Positions 7,047 through 15,609 of a stretch of 25,581 nucleotides of DNA are shown piece by piece. Each line of letters starts with the position of its first letter. The stretch's first letter is position 1. The notes under the pieces were generated by a model. That model made no database searches, was not told the origin of the DNA, and was given only the letters and a program-made list of their open reading frames with translations. The stretch lies in UHGV virus genome UHGV-0343683; one strand, written 5' to 3'. The position numbers and the translations under genes are program-made. This DNA comes from a virus.

Positions 7047-8895
7047 GTGGGCTGATAAATATTTTTATCTCCCTGAGGGCTCCAGCCACATCGCTGGGCA
7101 CTGGACGACTCAGCCGGTCCAGGTAGTGATGCTCAATATGATGACGAACGACGCGATAAAAATCGTGTCTGTTCGCAAATCAGCTCGTCTCGGTTATACA
7201 AAAATACTCGTCGCGGCGCTGCTCTATTTCGCTGAGCACAAAAAACGTAGTGCCGTGGTCTATCAGCCTATCGATGACGAATCGGATGGATTTGTCGCCG
7301 ACGAGGTTGACCCCGCTATCGCCGAAATGCCAGTGATTCAGAAAATTTTCCCCGACTGGGATAAAAGCAACGAGCGTAACAATCTCCAGCGTAAAGAAAT
7401 GAGCGGCGCGATTCTTGATTTTCGCGGCGCGAGTGCACCAGGAAATTTCCGGCGACTAACGAAACAGGTTGTCGAGGGTGACGAAGTTGACGGCTGGCCG
7501 CTGGAAGTTGCCAAAAAAGGCAAAGGCGAGGGCTCGCCCATCGAACTGGCGCTCGTTCGAATTAAAGGGGCAGCGTACCCGAAGGCGATTTTTGGTTCGA
7601 CGCCGACCGTTACCGGCAAAAGTCATATCGAAATGCTCGAAGACGCTGCCGATCTGACGTTTCGTTTTTACCTGACATGTCCGCATTGTGGCGAGGAGCA
7701 GGTCCTGGTATTTGGTTTCGACGGTATCGAATACGGCCTCAAATGGGATAACAGCCTGCAGACCAATGAGGCGAAATCGTCGTCCGCGTATTACCAGTGC
7801 TGCCACTGCCCGGAACATTTTTACTATCGCGATCTCGAAAAAATGGAGTTCGGGGGGCGCTGGATAGCCGAGGACTGCACCTGGACCCGAGACGGCATTC
7901 ATTTTTTTGATCATGACGGTGGCGTCGTTCGCGCGCCGAAACACGCTGCGATCGTGATAAACGCCCTGTATTCACTAAACCTCGATGGATGGGGCGAGAT
8001 TGTCAGCGAGTGGCTGAAAGCGAAAGGCGACCCGCTCAAGGAAAAGACGTTTCATAACACGACGCTCGGCGAACTCTGGAGCGACGTGGCCAGCGAGCAG
8101 CTGGAGCACGATATTCTGGTTAATCGCCGGGAAAAATACGCCAGCCAGGTTCCTGACGGTGTTGTTTATATAACCGGCGGCATCGACTCTCAGACGTCCG
8201 GGCGCTACGAGTGTTATGTGTGGGGCTGGGGAGCCGAGGAGGAGTGCTGGCTGATTGATAAAACAATCGTCCTCGGTCGCTACGACGAGGAGGACACGCT
8301 GCAGCGCGTCGACGGAGTGATTCGCAAACAATACCGGCGCAGCGACGGGACCACAATCGGCGTCAGTCGCTGGGCGTGGGATACCGGTGGTATAGATGCG
8401 CAGGTCGTTTATAACCGCTCGCTGAAACTCGGTCCGCTGTGGGTCATTCCAATCAAGGGCGCGAGCTCATACGGCCAGCCGGTCGTAAATATGCCTCGTA
8501 CCCGTAACGCGAATAAAGTGTATTTGTCGTTGATTGGGACAGATACAGCGAAAGACCTGCTCGCAATGCGCCTGCAGCTGGAACCCGACTCCAAATCGGC
8601 GACACCAGGTGCGATTCATTTTCCCAACGACGACGAAATATTCAGCACGACAGAGGCAAAACAGCTCGTCTCCGAGGTTCTGATCCCGAAACTCATTAAC
8701 GGTCGCGTCGTTTATCGTTGGGACAACCAGGGCCGGCGAAATGAGGCGCTCGACTGCTGGGTGTACGGACTGGCAGCGCTGCGTATCAGTAAAATTCGTT
8801 TCCAGCTCAATCTCGAGACGCTCGCTGAGCAACGGAAAAAATCACAAAACAAACTGTCTCTCGAGGAGATGGCCAGAATGCTCGGAGGGAGCTAA
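6973..8895 (+). CDS. terminase large subunit (lambda gpA-like)
   Basis: Strong similarity to lambda gpA along the whole length (VEWAD, CPHCGEEQ, KTFHNTTLGELW, VIPIKGAS, GTDTAKD, NEALDCWVYGLAALRIS). Start uncertain: 6973 best matches the lambda N-terminus; the track uses 6934 and 7033 is also possible. Confidence 0.9.
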   Translation: MSAISNAISTGLNPLRVTIPMTGVEWADKYFYLPEGSSHIAGHWTTQPVQVVMLNMMTNDAIKIVSVRKSARLGYTKILVAALLYFAEHKKRSAVVYQPIDDESDGFVADEVDPAIAEMPVIQKIFPDWDKSNERNNLQRKEMSGAILDFRGASAPGNFRRLTKQVVEGDEVDGWPLEVAKKGKGEGSPIELALVRIKGAAYPKAIFGSTPTVTGKSHIEMLEDAADLTFRFYLTCPHCGEEQVLVFGFDGIEYGLKWDNSLQTNEAKSSSAYYQCCHCPEHFYYRDLEKMEFGGRWIAEDCTWTRDGIHFFDHDGGVVRAPKHAAIVINALYSLNLDGWGEIVSEWLKAKGDPLKEKTFHNTTLGELWSDVASEQLEHDILVNRREKYASQVPDGVVYITGGIDSQTSGRYECYVWGWGAEEECWLIDKTIVLGRYDEEDTLQRVDGVIRKQYRRSDGTTIGVSRWAWDTGGIDAQVVYNRSLKLGPLWVIPIKGASSYGQPVVNMPRTRNANKVYLSLIGTDTAKDLLAMRLQLEPDSKSATPGAIHFPNDDEIFSTTEAKQLVSEVLIPKLINGRVVYRWDNQGRRNEALDCWVYGLAALRISKIRFQLNLETLAEQRKKSQNKLSLEEMARMLGGS

Positions 8896-9128
8896 TGACG
8901 TCGCGCGAGGTTTTAACAGAACGACTGCTGGAAGCGGAAATCGCTCTGCACAAATTATTAACGGGTAAATCGACCGTGTCGCTGTCTCACGGCGATTCAG
9001 CAGGAAATAACCGGAGCTATCAATACTCGCAGGCGAGTATTGAGCAGCTCCGAACGTACATTATCGAGCTGAAATCACAGCTCGGTCTGAGTACGGGACG
9101 CCGTCGGCCCGTGGGAGTTCGATTATGA
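8895..9128 (+). CDS. head-tail joining protein (lambda gpW-like)
   Basis: 77 aa; alignable to lambda gpW (ALHKLLTGK ... QLRTYIIELKSQ ... RRRP); overlaps the stops of the flanking genes. Confidence 0.8.
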   Translation: MTSREVLTERLLEAEIALHKLLTGKSTVSLSHGDSAGNNRSYQYSQASIEQLRTYIIELKSQLGLSTGRRRPVGVRL

Positions 9129-10804
9129 CTGCTCCGCAGCAGCTGCTCGGGCCTGACGGTAAAACGCCACTACGCCGTTACGCGGGGTATAACGGCGGCG
9201 GTCCCGGTTTCGGTGGCCAGCTGATTGACTGGAACGCACCACAGCAGAGCGCCGACGCAGCACTGTTGCCGAATTTTTATCGCGGTAACGCGCGAGCAGA
9301 CGATCTCGTTCGCAATAACGGCGTCGCGTCGAACGCCGTGCAGCTGCACCAGGATCATATCGTCGGCAATCTGTTTAAGTTGAGTTATCGCCCTAACTGG
9401 CGTTACCTCGGCATATCTCGCGAGGACGCCAGGGCGCTGGCGCGTGACGTCGAGGTAGCGTGGACTGAATACGCCGAGGACCCTCACTGCACGATTGATA
9501 TCGAGCGGAAACGGACGTTCACAATGATGATCCGCGAGGGCGTGGCTACTCACGCTTTCAACGGTGAAACCTGCGTACAACCAGTCTGGGAGAGTAGTGC
9601 CGGCAGCGTTTTTCGGACGCGATTCAAAATGGTCTCACCGAAACGGATTCGAAATCCGGGTTACGCAGCTGACACTCAATTTCGCCGCGCCGGTGTTGAT
9701 ATCGATAAAAACGGGGCCGCGGTCGGGTACTGGATAGCCGAGGATACTTACCCTCTCGGCGGAGTCGGTAAATGCCGGCGTATCCCAGCACAGCTCAGCA
9801 GCGGCAGACACGCATTCATCCACATATTCGAGCCGCTCGAGGACGGACAGACCCGCGGGGACAATATTTTTTACAGCGTCATGGAGCGCCTGAAAATGCT
9901 CGACACACTGCAGCAAACACAACTGCAGAGCGCCATTGTGAAGGCGATGTATGCCGCGACAATCGAATCAGAGCTTGTAAACTGAGTTTGTCGCCGGGAT
10001 GCAGGTGGGGAACTTTCACACCACCGAGCTTGATATTTGCGCCGTTGTAGTACGTCACGTAACTCTGAATAAACGAATTCAGCGGGTTCGAGTCGATATC
10101 AGTACCCGCGCCGGCGATATATTCAAACGCCTGCTGGCTGTCGAGCTCTGATTCGATTGTCGCGGCATACATCGCCTTCACAATGGCGCTCTGCAGTTGG
10201 TGGTGTGAAAGTTCCCCACCTGCATCCCGGCGACAAACTCAGTTTACAGACCGCTCAGAATGCTGATGCTGGTTTTAGTTCACTGGAAAAATCACTCCTG
10301 CGTTACGTTGCAGCTGGCGTTGGCGCGTCATACGAAGAACTTAGCCGGGACTACAGCCAGGTCAGTTACTCCAGCGCCCGGGCCAGTGCTAACGTCAGCT
10401 GGCGATTTTTCATGGGGCGTCGACGTTTTATCGCCGCGCGACAGGCGTCGCTGATGTTCTGCTGCTGGTTTGAAGAGGCGCTGGCACGCGGAATTATCAC
10501 CCTGCCACGCTCAGCTGTCCGGTCGTTTTATGAGGCGCGGAACTCCTGGACGAACGCGCTCTGGATCGGCGCTGGTCGCATGGCGATTGATGGGCTGAAA
10601 GAGGTTCAGGAGAGCGCCATGCGCATCACAACTGGCCTCAGCACGTATCAGAACGAACTGGCGCTGCAGGGACAGGATTACGAGGAGGTTATGGAGCAGC
10701 AGGAATACGAAATTCAGCGCCGGCGTGAAATGGGGCTGAGCGAACCGTCATGGTCTGTATCTCACCCCTCAAATACCAACGATAACGGCTGGGGAGGTAA
10801 CTGA
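9125..10804 (+). pseudogene. portal protein (lambda gpB-like), split by an inverted duplication
   Basis: N-terminal 286 aa (9125-9985) end at a stop created at the rearrangement; the C-terminal part (in frame from 10199 to 10804) has no start; the missing middle is encoded antisense at 10026-10143. Confidence 0.85.
9920..10248. repeat. inverted duplication inside the portal gene: a (9920-9975) repeated inverted at 10144-10199; c (10199-10248) repeated inverted at 9976-10025
   Basis: Verified base by base: observed order is a, rc(c), rc(x), rc(a), c where the intact gene would read a-x-c. Confidence 0.9.
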
Positions 10805-12111
10805 TGCCGTGGAACAATTTTCCGCACCTCGCCGCCAGGGCGTTCAATCAACCGCTTTTGCTGGAGCCCACCTACGCGCGGGTATTTTTTTCGGCGCTGA
10901 GCGACCGGTTCGGTACCGGGCGACTGATTGATACAGCGTCTGGAGAGGTAATGAACAGCGACGAAATGAACGCGCTCGCGATGGGGTGGGACAGCAGCGA
11001 GCGAACACGCCAGAAATCGTATCGCGTGGAGCGTGGTATAGCCGTTCTGCCGGTTACCGGGACGCTGGTTCATAAATTGGGTTATATCAACCCAGTTAGC
11101 GGGATGAGCGGTTACAACGGAATCGCAAAACGCCTGCAGCAGGCGATTTCTGATCCCGATGTAAGAGGGGTCCTGCTTGATATTGACTCCCCTGGCGGTG
11201 AAGTCGCCGGCGCGTTTGATACTGCTGATTTAATCGCCCGGGCGCGAGAGCAAAAACCTGTGTGGGCGCTGGCCAGCGATACGGCCTGCAGCGCTGCCTA
11301 TTTGCTGGCGTCAGCGTGTTCGCGCCGGCTGATAACGCAGACAGGCACAGTTGGTTCAATCGGTGTCCTGATGGCTCACCGCTGCGTCGAAAAAGCGCTG
11401 GAGATTGCTGGCGTCGACGTGACGCTGATTTACGCCGGCGCGCACAAAGTTGACGGGAACCCGTATTCCCAGCTGCCAGGCGACGTTCGCGACGAATTCC
11501 AGCTGAGTATTAACAGCACGCGCGAGCAGTTCGCGCAAAAAGTCTCGGATTATACCGGGCTGAAAAAATCCAGGGTGCTGGCCACGGAAGCTGCAGTATT
11601 TATCGGCGCGGACGCGATTAAATCTGGTCTCGCTGATCAACTCGTTAATTACGCGGACGCTATCGCAGTGATGGCCGACGCACTGAAACCAAAAATGGAG
11701 CGCTTTATGTCTGGTACAGAAACCACGGCGGAGACCACGACCACAGAACAAACCGCGACCACGACTACTGTCGCGCAGGTTGAGTTTAACACGGAGCAGA
11801 TTCGCGCGGACGCCGCATCAAGCGAACTGGCGCGTGTGATGGCCATCATCAATTGTCCCGAAGCTGTTGGGCGCGAGGCGCAGGCAAAAGCGCTCGCTGG
11901 CGTCCCCGGGATGACGGTCGGGCAGGCGCAGGTAGTCCTCGCTGCAGCACCTAAAACGGCGCAGGCGCGGACAGAAACGGCGCTCGATACACTAATGAGC
12001 ACTGAATCACCAGCGACTATTCAGGATGCTGGCAGTACTACGGCAACAGGAACAACCGCAAACGTCTCGATGCTGGTTGCTGCAGGGCGTTCAATTTTAG
12101 GGGATGAATAA
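10804..12111 (+). CDS. prohead protease / minor capsid protein C (lambda gpC-like, S49 peptidase family)
   Basis: 435 aa; S49/SppA-like region (GVLLDIDSPGGEVAG, SAAYLLASAC) and Thr-rich linker, like lambda gpC; ATG overlaps the portal stop. Confidence 0.85.
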   Translation: MPWNNFPHLAARAFNQPLLLEPTYARVFFSALSDRFGTGRLIDTASGEVMNSDEMNALAMGWDSSERTRQKSYRVERGIAVLPVTGTLVHKLGYINPVSGMSGYNGIAKRLQQAISDPDVRGVLLDIDSPGGEVAGAFDTADLIARAREQKPVWALASDTACSAAYLLASACSRRLITQTGTVGSIGVLMAHRCVEKALEIAGVDVTLIYAGAHKVDGNPYSQLPGDVRDEFQLSINSTREQFAQKVSDYTGLKKSRVLATEAAVFIGADAIKSGLADQLVNYADAIAVMADALKPKMERFMSGTETTAETTTTEQTATTTTVAQVEFNTEQIRADAASSELARVMAIINCPEAVGREAQAKALAGVPGMTVGQAQVVLAAAPKTAQARTETALDTLMSTESPATIQDAGSTTATGTTANVSMLVAAGRSILGDE

Positions 12112-12440
12112 TGACTACAGAAACGTATAGCCCGGACGATTTTATTCTTGGGCCTGACCTTGTTGTCACGACCGTCGGTCATTTTCAGGGCGGGATCAAC
12201 GTACCCCGGCTGACACCGATTATGCTCGACGCTACTGTCGGGACGTTTAAGGTTTGGGACGGCTCAGTCGGTAAAGCTATTGGCCTCACTGCCACCGCAG
12301 TTAATACTGGCTCCAGTTCTGCAGACTGCTCGTACTATAAATCAGGCTCGTTCCGTTACACGGCGATTAACTGGGGTACGGTTACCGACGTAGCTAAACG
12401 CAAATCAGCATTTGCGGGTACGCCGATCAGCGTCGGCTGA
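12111..12440 (+). CDS. head decoration protein (lambda gpD-like)
   Basis: 109 aa; alignable to lambda gpD (PIMLDATVGTFKVWDG ... YKSGSFRY ... SAFAGTPISV). Confidence 0.8.
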   Translation: MTTETYSPDDFILGPDLVVTTVGHFQGGINVPRLTPIMLDATVGTFKVWDGSVGKAIGLTATAVNTGSSSADCSYYKSGSFRYTAINWGTVTDVAKRKSAFAGTPISVG

Positions 12441-12458
12441 TAGCAAAAAACTCAAAAC

Positions 12459-12483
12459 AAGCCGCCTCCGGGCGGTTTTTTTA
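12459..12483 (+). terminator. intrinsic terminator after the decoration gene
   Basis: Stem gccgcc/ggcggt with loop tccg (12461-12476) followed by a 7-T run (12477-12483). Confidence 0.55.
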
Positions 12484-12498
12484 TAACAGGATATATAA

Positions 12499-13533
12499 AT
12501 GAGCGATTCGTTTACTACGTCAGAACTGATTACCGCGACACAGCAGGTATTTAAGTTCAATCCGTTGTTTTTAAAGCTGTTTTTCCGTGAGACCTACACG
12601 TTTACGAGCGAAGAGGTTTTTCTGGATAAAATCCCGGGAAAAGTGAACATGGCCGTGTACTGCGCGCCGATGATCACCGGCAAAGTTGACCGCACTCGCG
12701 GCTATTCAACGAACCATTTCAAACCGGGTTACACGAAACCCAAGCACACGATCAATCCGAATATGAGCATCAAGCGCGCAGCCGGTGAGCAGATTGGCCA
12801 GCCGGAAACGCCGGTCGAACGTCGTGCAAAAATCATCATGCAGAACCTGCTTGATGAGGAACTGAGCATCAGCCAGCTCGAAGAGTTCCAGGCGGTACAG
12901 GCTGTTCTGTACGGTAAATACACTGTTTCCGGCAGCAATATCGAGACCTATGAGATCGACATGAGCCGCAGCGCGACGAATAACGTCACTCAGTCCGGTT
13001 CGACAGCCTGGTCGACTCAGGACGCGGAAACGTATGACCCGAGCGACGATATTGAATCCTACGCGGACCTCGCCTCCGGTGCGGTTAACGTGATCATCAT
13101 GGATGGTAAAGCCTGGAAGCAGTTGAAGCGTTTTAAAAAATTCTGGACGGCACTGGATACGCGCCGTGGCTCAAACAGCCAGCTCGAGGTCGCGCTGAAA
13201 AACCTGGGCGACGTTGTCAGCTTTAAAGGCTACTACGGCGACACTGCGCTGTTTGTCTACAAAGGGCAATACCTCGACCCGGTAACAGACACTGAAACGC
13301 GTTATATGCCGGATAACACGATGATCCTTGGCAACACAAAAAACCGCGGGCTCCGCACTTATGGCGCAATTCAGGACGAAGACGCGCTGAAAGAGGGTAT
13401 TTCCGAAGCGACGCGCTATCCAAAAGTCTGGACCACTACCGGTGATCCGGCAGTGACGCAAACAATGACGCAATCCGCGCCAGCAATGGTCCTCACGGAC
13501 GCCGACGCGTTCGTTGTCGTAAAAATCGCGTAA
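12499..13533 (+). CDS. major capsid protein (lambda gpE-like)
   Basis: 344 aa; similar to lambda gpE throughout (FKFNPLFLKLFFRE, PGYTKPKH, RRAKIIMQNL, TRRGSNSQLE, LRTYGAIQD, YPKVWTTTGDPA). Confidence 0.9.
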   Translation: MSDSFTTSELITATQQVFKFNPLFLKLFFRETYTFTSEEVFLDKIPGKVNMAVYCAPMITGKVDRTRGYSTNHFKPGYTKPKHTINPNMSIKRAAGEQIGQPETPVERRAKIIMQNLLDEELSISQLEEFQAVQAVLYGKYTVSGSNIETYEIDMSRSATNNVTQSGSTAWSTQDAETYDPSDDIESYADLASGAVNVIIMDGKAWKQLKRFKKFWTALDTRRGSNSQLEVALKNLGDVVSFKGYYGDTALFVYKGQYLDPVTDTETRYMPDNTMILGNTKNRGLRTYGAIQDEDALKEGISEATRYPKVWTTTGDPAVTQTMTQSAPAMVLTDADAFVVVKIA

Positions 13534-13556
13534 GAGTCGAAAGGCTCTTTTTTGTT
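13533..13556 (+). terminator. intrinsic terminator after the major capsid gene
   Basis: Stem agagtc/ggctct with GAAA loop, followed by tttttgtt; starts at the last base of the gpE stop codon. Confidence 0.55.
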
Positions 13557-13567
13557 AAGGAATCAAC

Positions 13568-13987
13568 ATGAGCACAAAAACAGAATTGCTGGCGCGTATT
13601 GACGATCTGAGCGCTCAGCTCGGTCGCGAATTACCGCGCAGCGGGACTATTGCGGAACTGGAATCAATCGTTGCCGGCGCTGAGTCAGAGCTCGATATTC
13701 TGAACGAGCAATCCGGTGACGCGGGAGGCATCGAGATTACAGTGAATACTGCGTCCGGGACCGATAATGAACTCGCTCAATCAATCGCGAGCGCTATCGT
13801 TTCACAGTCACAAGAGCAGGAGCTCGCACCGGCTACGCGCCGCGTCAAGTTGCGTAACACGCTGGACGTTTATCACTACGTGAACGGGCGTCGCGTTCGC
13901 GAGATTGTTGCCGCAGGCCGTGAAATTGTTGTTGATTCACCGGAGGTCGCAGACCTTATCGCAGCTGATCACGTTTACGCTCTATGA
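13568..13987 (+). CDS. DNA packaging protein (lambda gpFI-like)
   Basis: 139 aa; N-terminus MSTKTELLARIDDLSAQLGRELPRSGTIAELE parallels lambda FI; AAGGA Shine-Dalgarno upstream. Confidence 0.65.
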   Translation: MSTKTELLARIDDLSAQLGRELPRSGTIAELESIVAGAESELDILNEQSGDAGGIEITVNTASGTDNELAQSIASAIVSQSQEQELAPATRRVKLRNTLDVYHYVNGRRVREIVAAGREIVVDSPEVADLIAADHVYAL

Positions 13988-14364
13988 GCTACTACGATGA
14001 CCTCCGGGCCGGCGACGAGGAGATGATCCGTGAGTGGGGACGGCCCGTTAAATTACGCGGTAAAACCGACCCCATTATCGCTATTTTCAACGAGCCTTAC
14101 GCGCGCGTTGACGTTCCTCACGCTGGTTTTATTACCGGTACAGTAACGAGCCTGACGGCGCTCTCGGACGACGTCGCTGGCGTTGTTGCGCGTGACGTCG
14201 TCCAGGTTCCAAAGCAGCGCAGCATCGAACCTGACGGCTCTGTTACCTGGTCTGGCTGGACCGATTACGTGGTTAAAGAGCCTCAACCTGATGGCACAGG
14301 GCTCACGAATATTTTTTTAGAGCCTCACACGTCCAGCGAAAACAGCGAGTATTCAAAATACTAA
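13984..14364 (+). CDS. head-tail joining / head completion protein (lambda gpFII-like)
   Basis: 126 aa; position and size match FII, sequence similarity weak; ATGA-coupled to FI. Confidence 0.5.
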   Translation: MSYYDDLRAGDEEMIREWGRPVKLRGKTDPIIAIFNEPYARVDVPHAGFITGTVTSLTALSDDVAGVVARDVVQVPKQRSIEPDGSVTWSGWTDYVVKEPQPDGTGLTNIFLEPHTSSENSEYSKY

Positions 14365-14385
14365 GTGGGACCTCGGTCCCACTTA
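14362..14385. repeat. 24-bp perfect palindrome (taagtgggacc-tc-ggtcccactta) at the head/tail module boundary
   Basis: 11-bp arms with 2-bp spacer, overlapping the FII stop codon and ending 10 nt before the next gene's GTG; no downstream T-tract. Confidence 0.85.
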
Positions 14386-14395
14386 AGGGGGAACC

Positions 14396-15076
14396 GTGGC
14401 CGATTTACGTAGTAACGCGCAGATGTTCGATATCGATGTTTCGGCGCTGGAGCAGCTCAGAGTCGAAATCAGCGCGACGCAACATCAAATGTTAATGGTA
14501 TACAACAGGGCGCTGAACCGAACTGCAAAACATATGCACCGAATTTCAGCAGGAATGATTTTGACTGCACTGGCAGCTAAAAATCATAAGGCCGTAGATA
14601 AACGAATCAAGCCGTTCATTAAGCGCCGTAATTTTACAAAAGAAGGGGCAGGAGACCTGAGCAGCGCCAAGCTCTGGTACGGTCTGAATGATTTCCGGGT
14701 ATCTGAGCTAAAGGGGCGATTACAAAATCCACGGAGGCAAAAACAGCCTCGCGATCTTGAGACCGGCCTGTTTTTGAAAACCAAAAAAGGCGCTAGAGGG
14801 GCAACTTTTACACCCAAAAGTGCAGGGCTGGCGATGATGAGTTGGCCCGATTCATTCGTAGCGAAACGCTACGGTGCGAAAAGTGTCTGGATTCGACTGG
14901 ATCGCGGAGGAATCGAAGAGGCTCGCGTACCTGTGCACGACGCGCTGGAGGATGCTATCGATGATTATATTTTTGAAAACATTGGCCCTGTTTTTATGGG
15001 CTTTTTTGAGAAAGATTTGCGCGGTCGCGTGAAAGGTAATGTCCACGTAGACCCAAAAACAGGTAAACGATTATGA
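14396..15076 (+). CDS. hypothetical structural protein (possible neck or tail completion protein)
   Basis: 226 aa; GTG start with AAGGGGGAA Shine-Dalgarno; inside the late structural operon, coupled to the next gene. Function inferred from position only. Confidence 0.45.
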   Translation: MADLRSNAQMFDIDVSALEQLRVEISATQHQMLMVYNRALNRTAKHMHRISAGMILTALAAKNHKAVDKRIKPFIKRRNFTKEGAGDLSSAKLWYGLNDFRVSELKGRLQNPRRQKQPRDLETGLFLKTKKGARGATFTPKSAGLAMMSWPDSFVAKRYGAKSVWIRLDRGGIEEARVPVHDALEDAIDDYIFENIGPVFMGFFEKDLRGRVKGNVHVDPKTGKRL

Positions 15077-15609
15077 GCGGACTGGATGCATTTGACGAAT
15101 ATCTTGATCGCGTTAAAGGCGCGGTTTTACAAATACCGTTCATCAAAACATTCGGAATTTATCCGGAAATTCCGGCTGGATTTGAAACGCCAGCTCTGTT
15201 CCTGGAAATCAGCAACTGGTCACAGAGTGACGAATCGGTTCCAGGCTCAATTCAGTCAGTCGAGCTGTCGTGTAATTTGTATTTGCTGCGTGAATTTGCA
15301 GCTGATCAGTACGGACTGAAATCGCAGAATGCAGCGCTCTATATGACGAGCTGGATCAATGGGCGAATGTTCGGTCCCGGAACTAAACCGGCAAAATTCA
15401 GCGACGCGGAACCGTGCGACTGGATTAAAAACGGGCAGTCAGTCGGTTCGCATTCAGTTCAGTGCGTGTCGTTCACGCAGGTTGTAGGCGTTGGTCCAGA
15501 TATTTTCGATTATCCCTCACAGGGGACCCTGAAAAATATATACGTCGGAATAGCACCAGATATCGGCGCAGAACATGAGGGCGACTATTATGGCCCAATC
15601 GGACGATGA
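15073..15609 (+). CDS. hypothetical structural protein (possible tail completion protein)
   Basis: 178 aa; ATGA overlap with the upstream gene; directly precedes the baseplate genes. Function inferred from position only. Confidence 0.45.
   Translation: MSGLDAFDEYLDRVKGAVLQIPFIKTFGIYPEIPAGFETPALFLEISNWSQSDESVPGSIQSVELSCNLYLLREFAADQYGLKSQNAALYMTSWINGRMFGPGTKPAKFSDAEPCDWIKNGQSVGSHSVQCVSFTQVVGVGPDIFDYPSQGTLKNIYVGIAPDIGAEHEGDYYGPIGR

Noticed and set aside
7338-8832. Several minus-strand ORFs (7338-7619, 7456-7944, 7975-8331, 8467-8832) inside the large terminase gene
   Set aside because: Antisense shadow ORFs within a well-supported gene; Arg/Pro/Ser-rich translations typical of reverse-frame artefacts in GC-rich coding sequence.
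9879-10181. Minus-strand 100-aa ORF whose translation looks like real portal sequence
   Set aside because: It is the inverted duplicate of portal coding sequence, not an independent gene; see the portal finding.
11713-11775. Repetitive ACC/ACG-rich nucleotide tract
   Set aside because: It encodes the Thr-rich linker of the protease/scaffold protein in frame, not a tandem-repeat element or CRISPR.
11356-12002. Minus-strand ORFs overlapping the protease gene; also 13171-13473 inside the capsid gene and 22676-22906 (alternate frame) inside the tape measure gene
   Set aside because: Shadow or alternate-frame ORFs inside genes with strong homology support.
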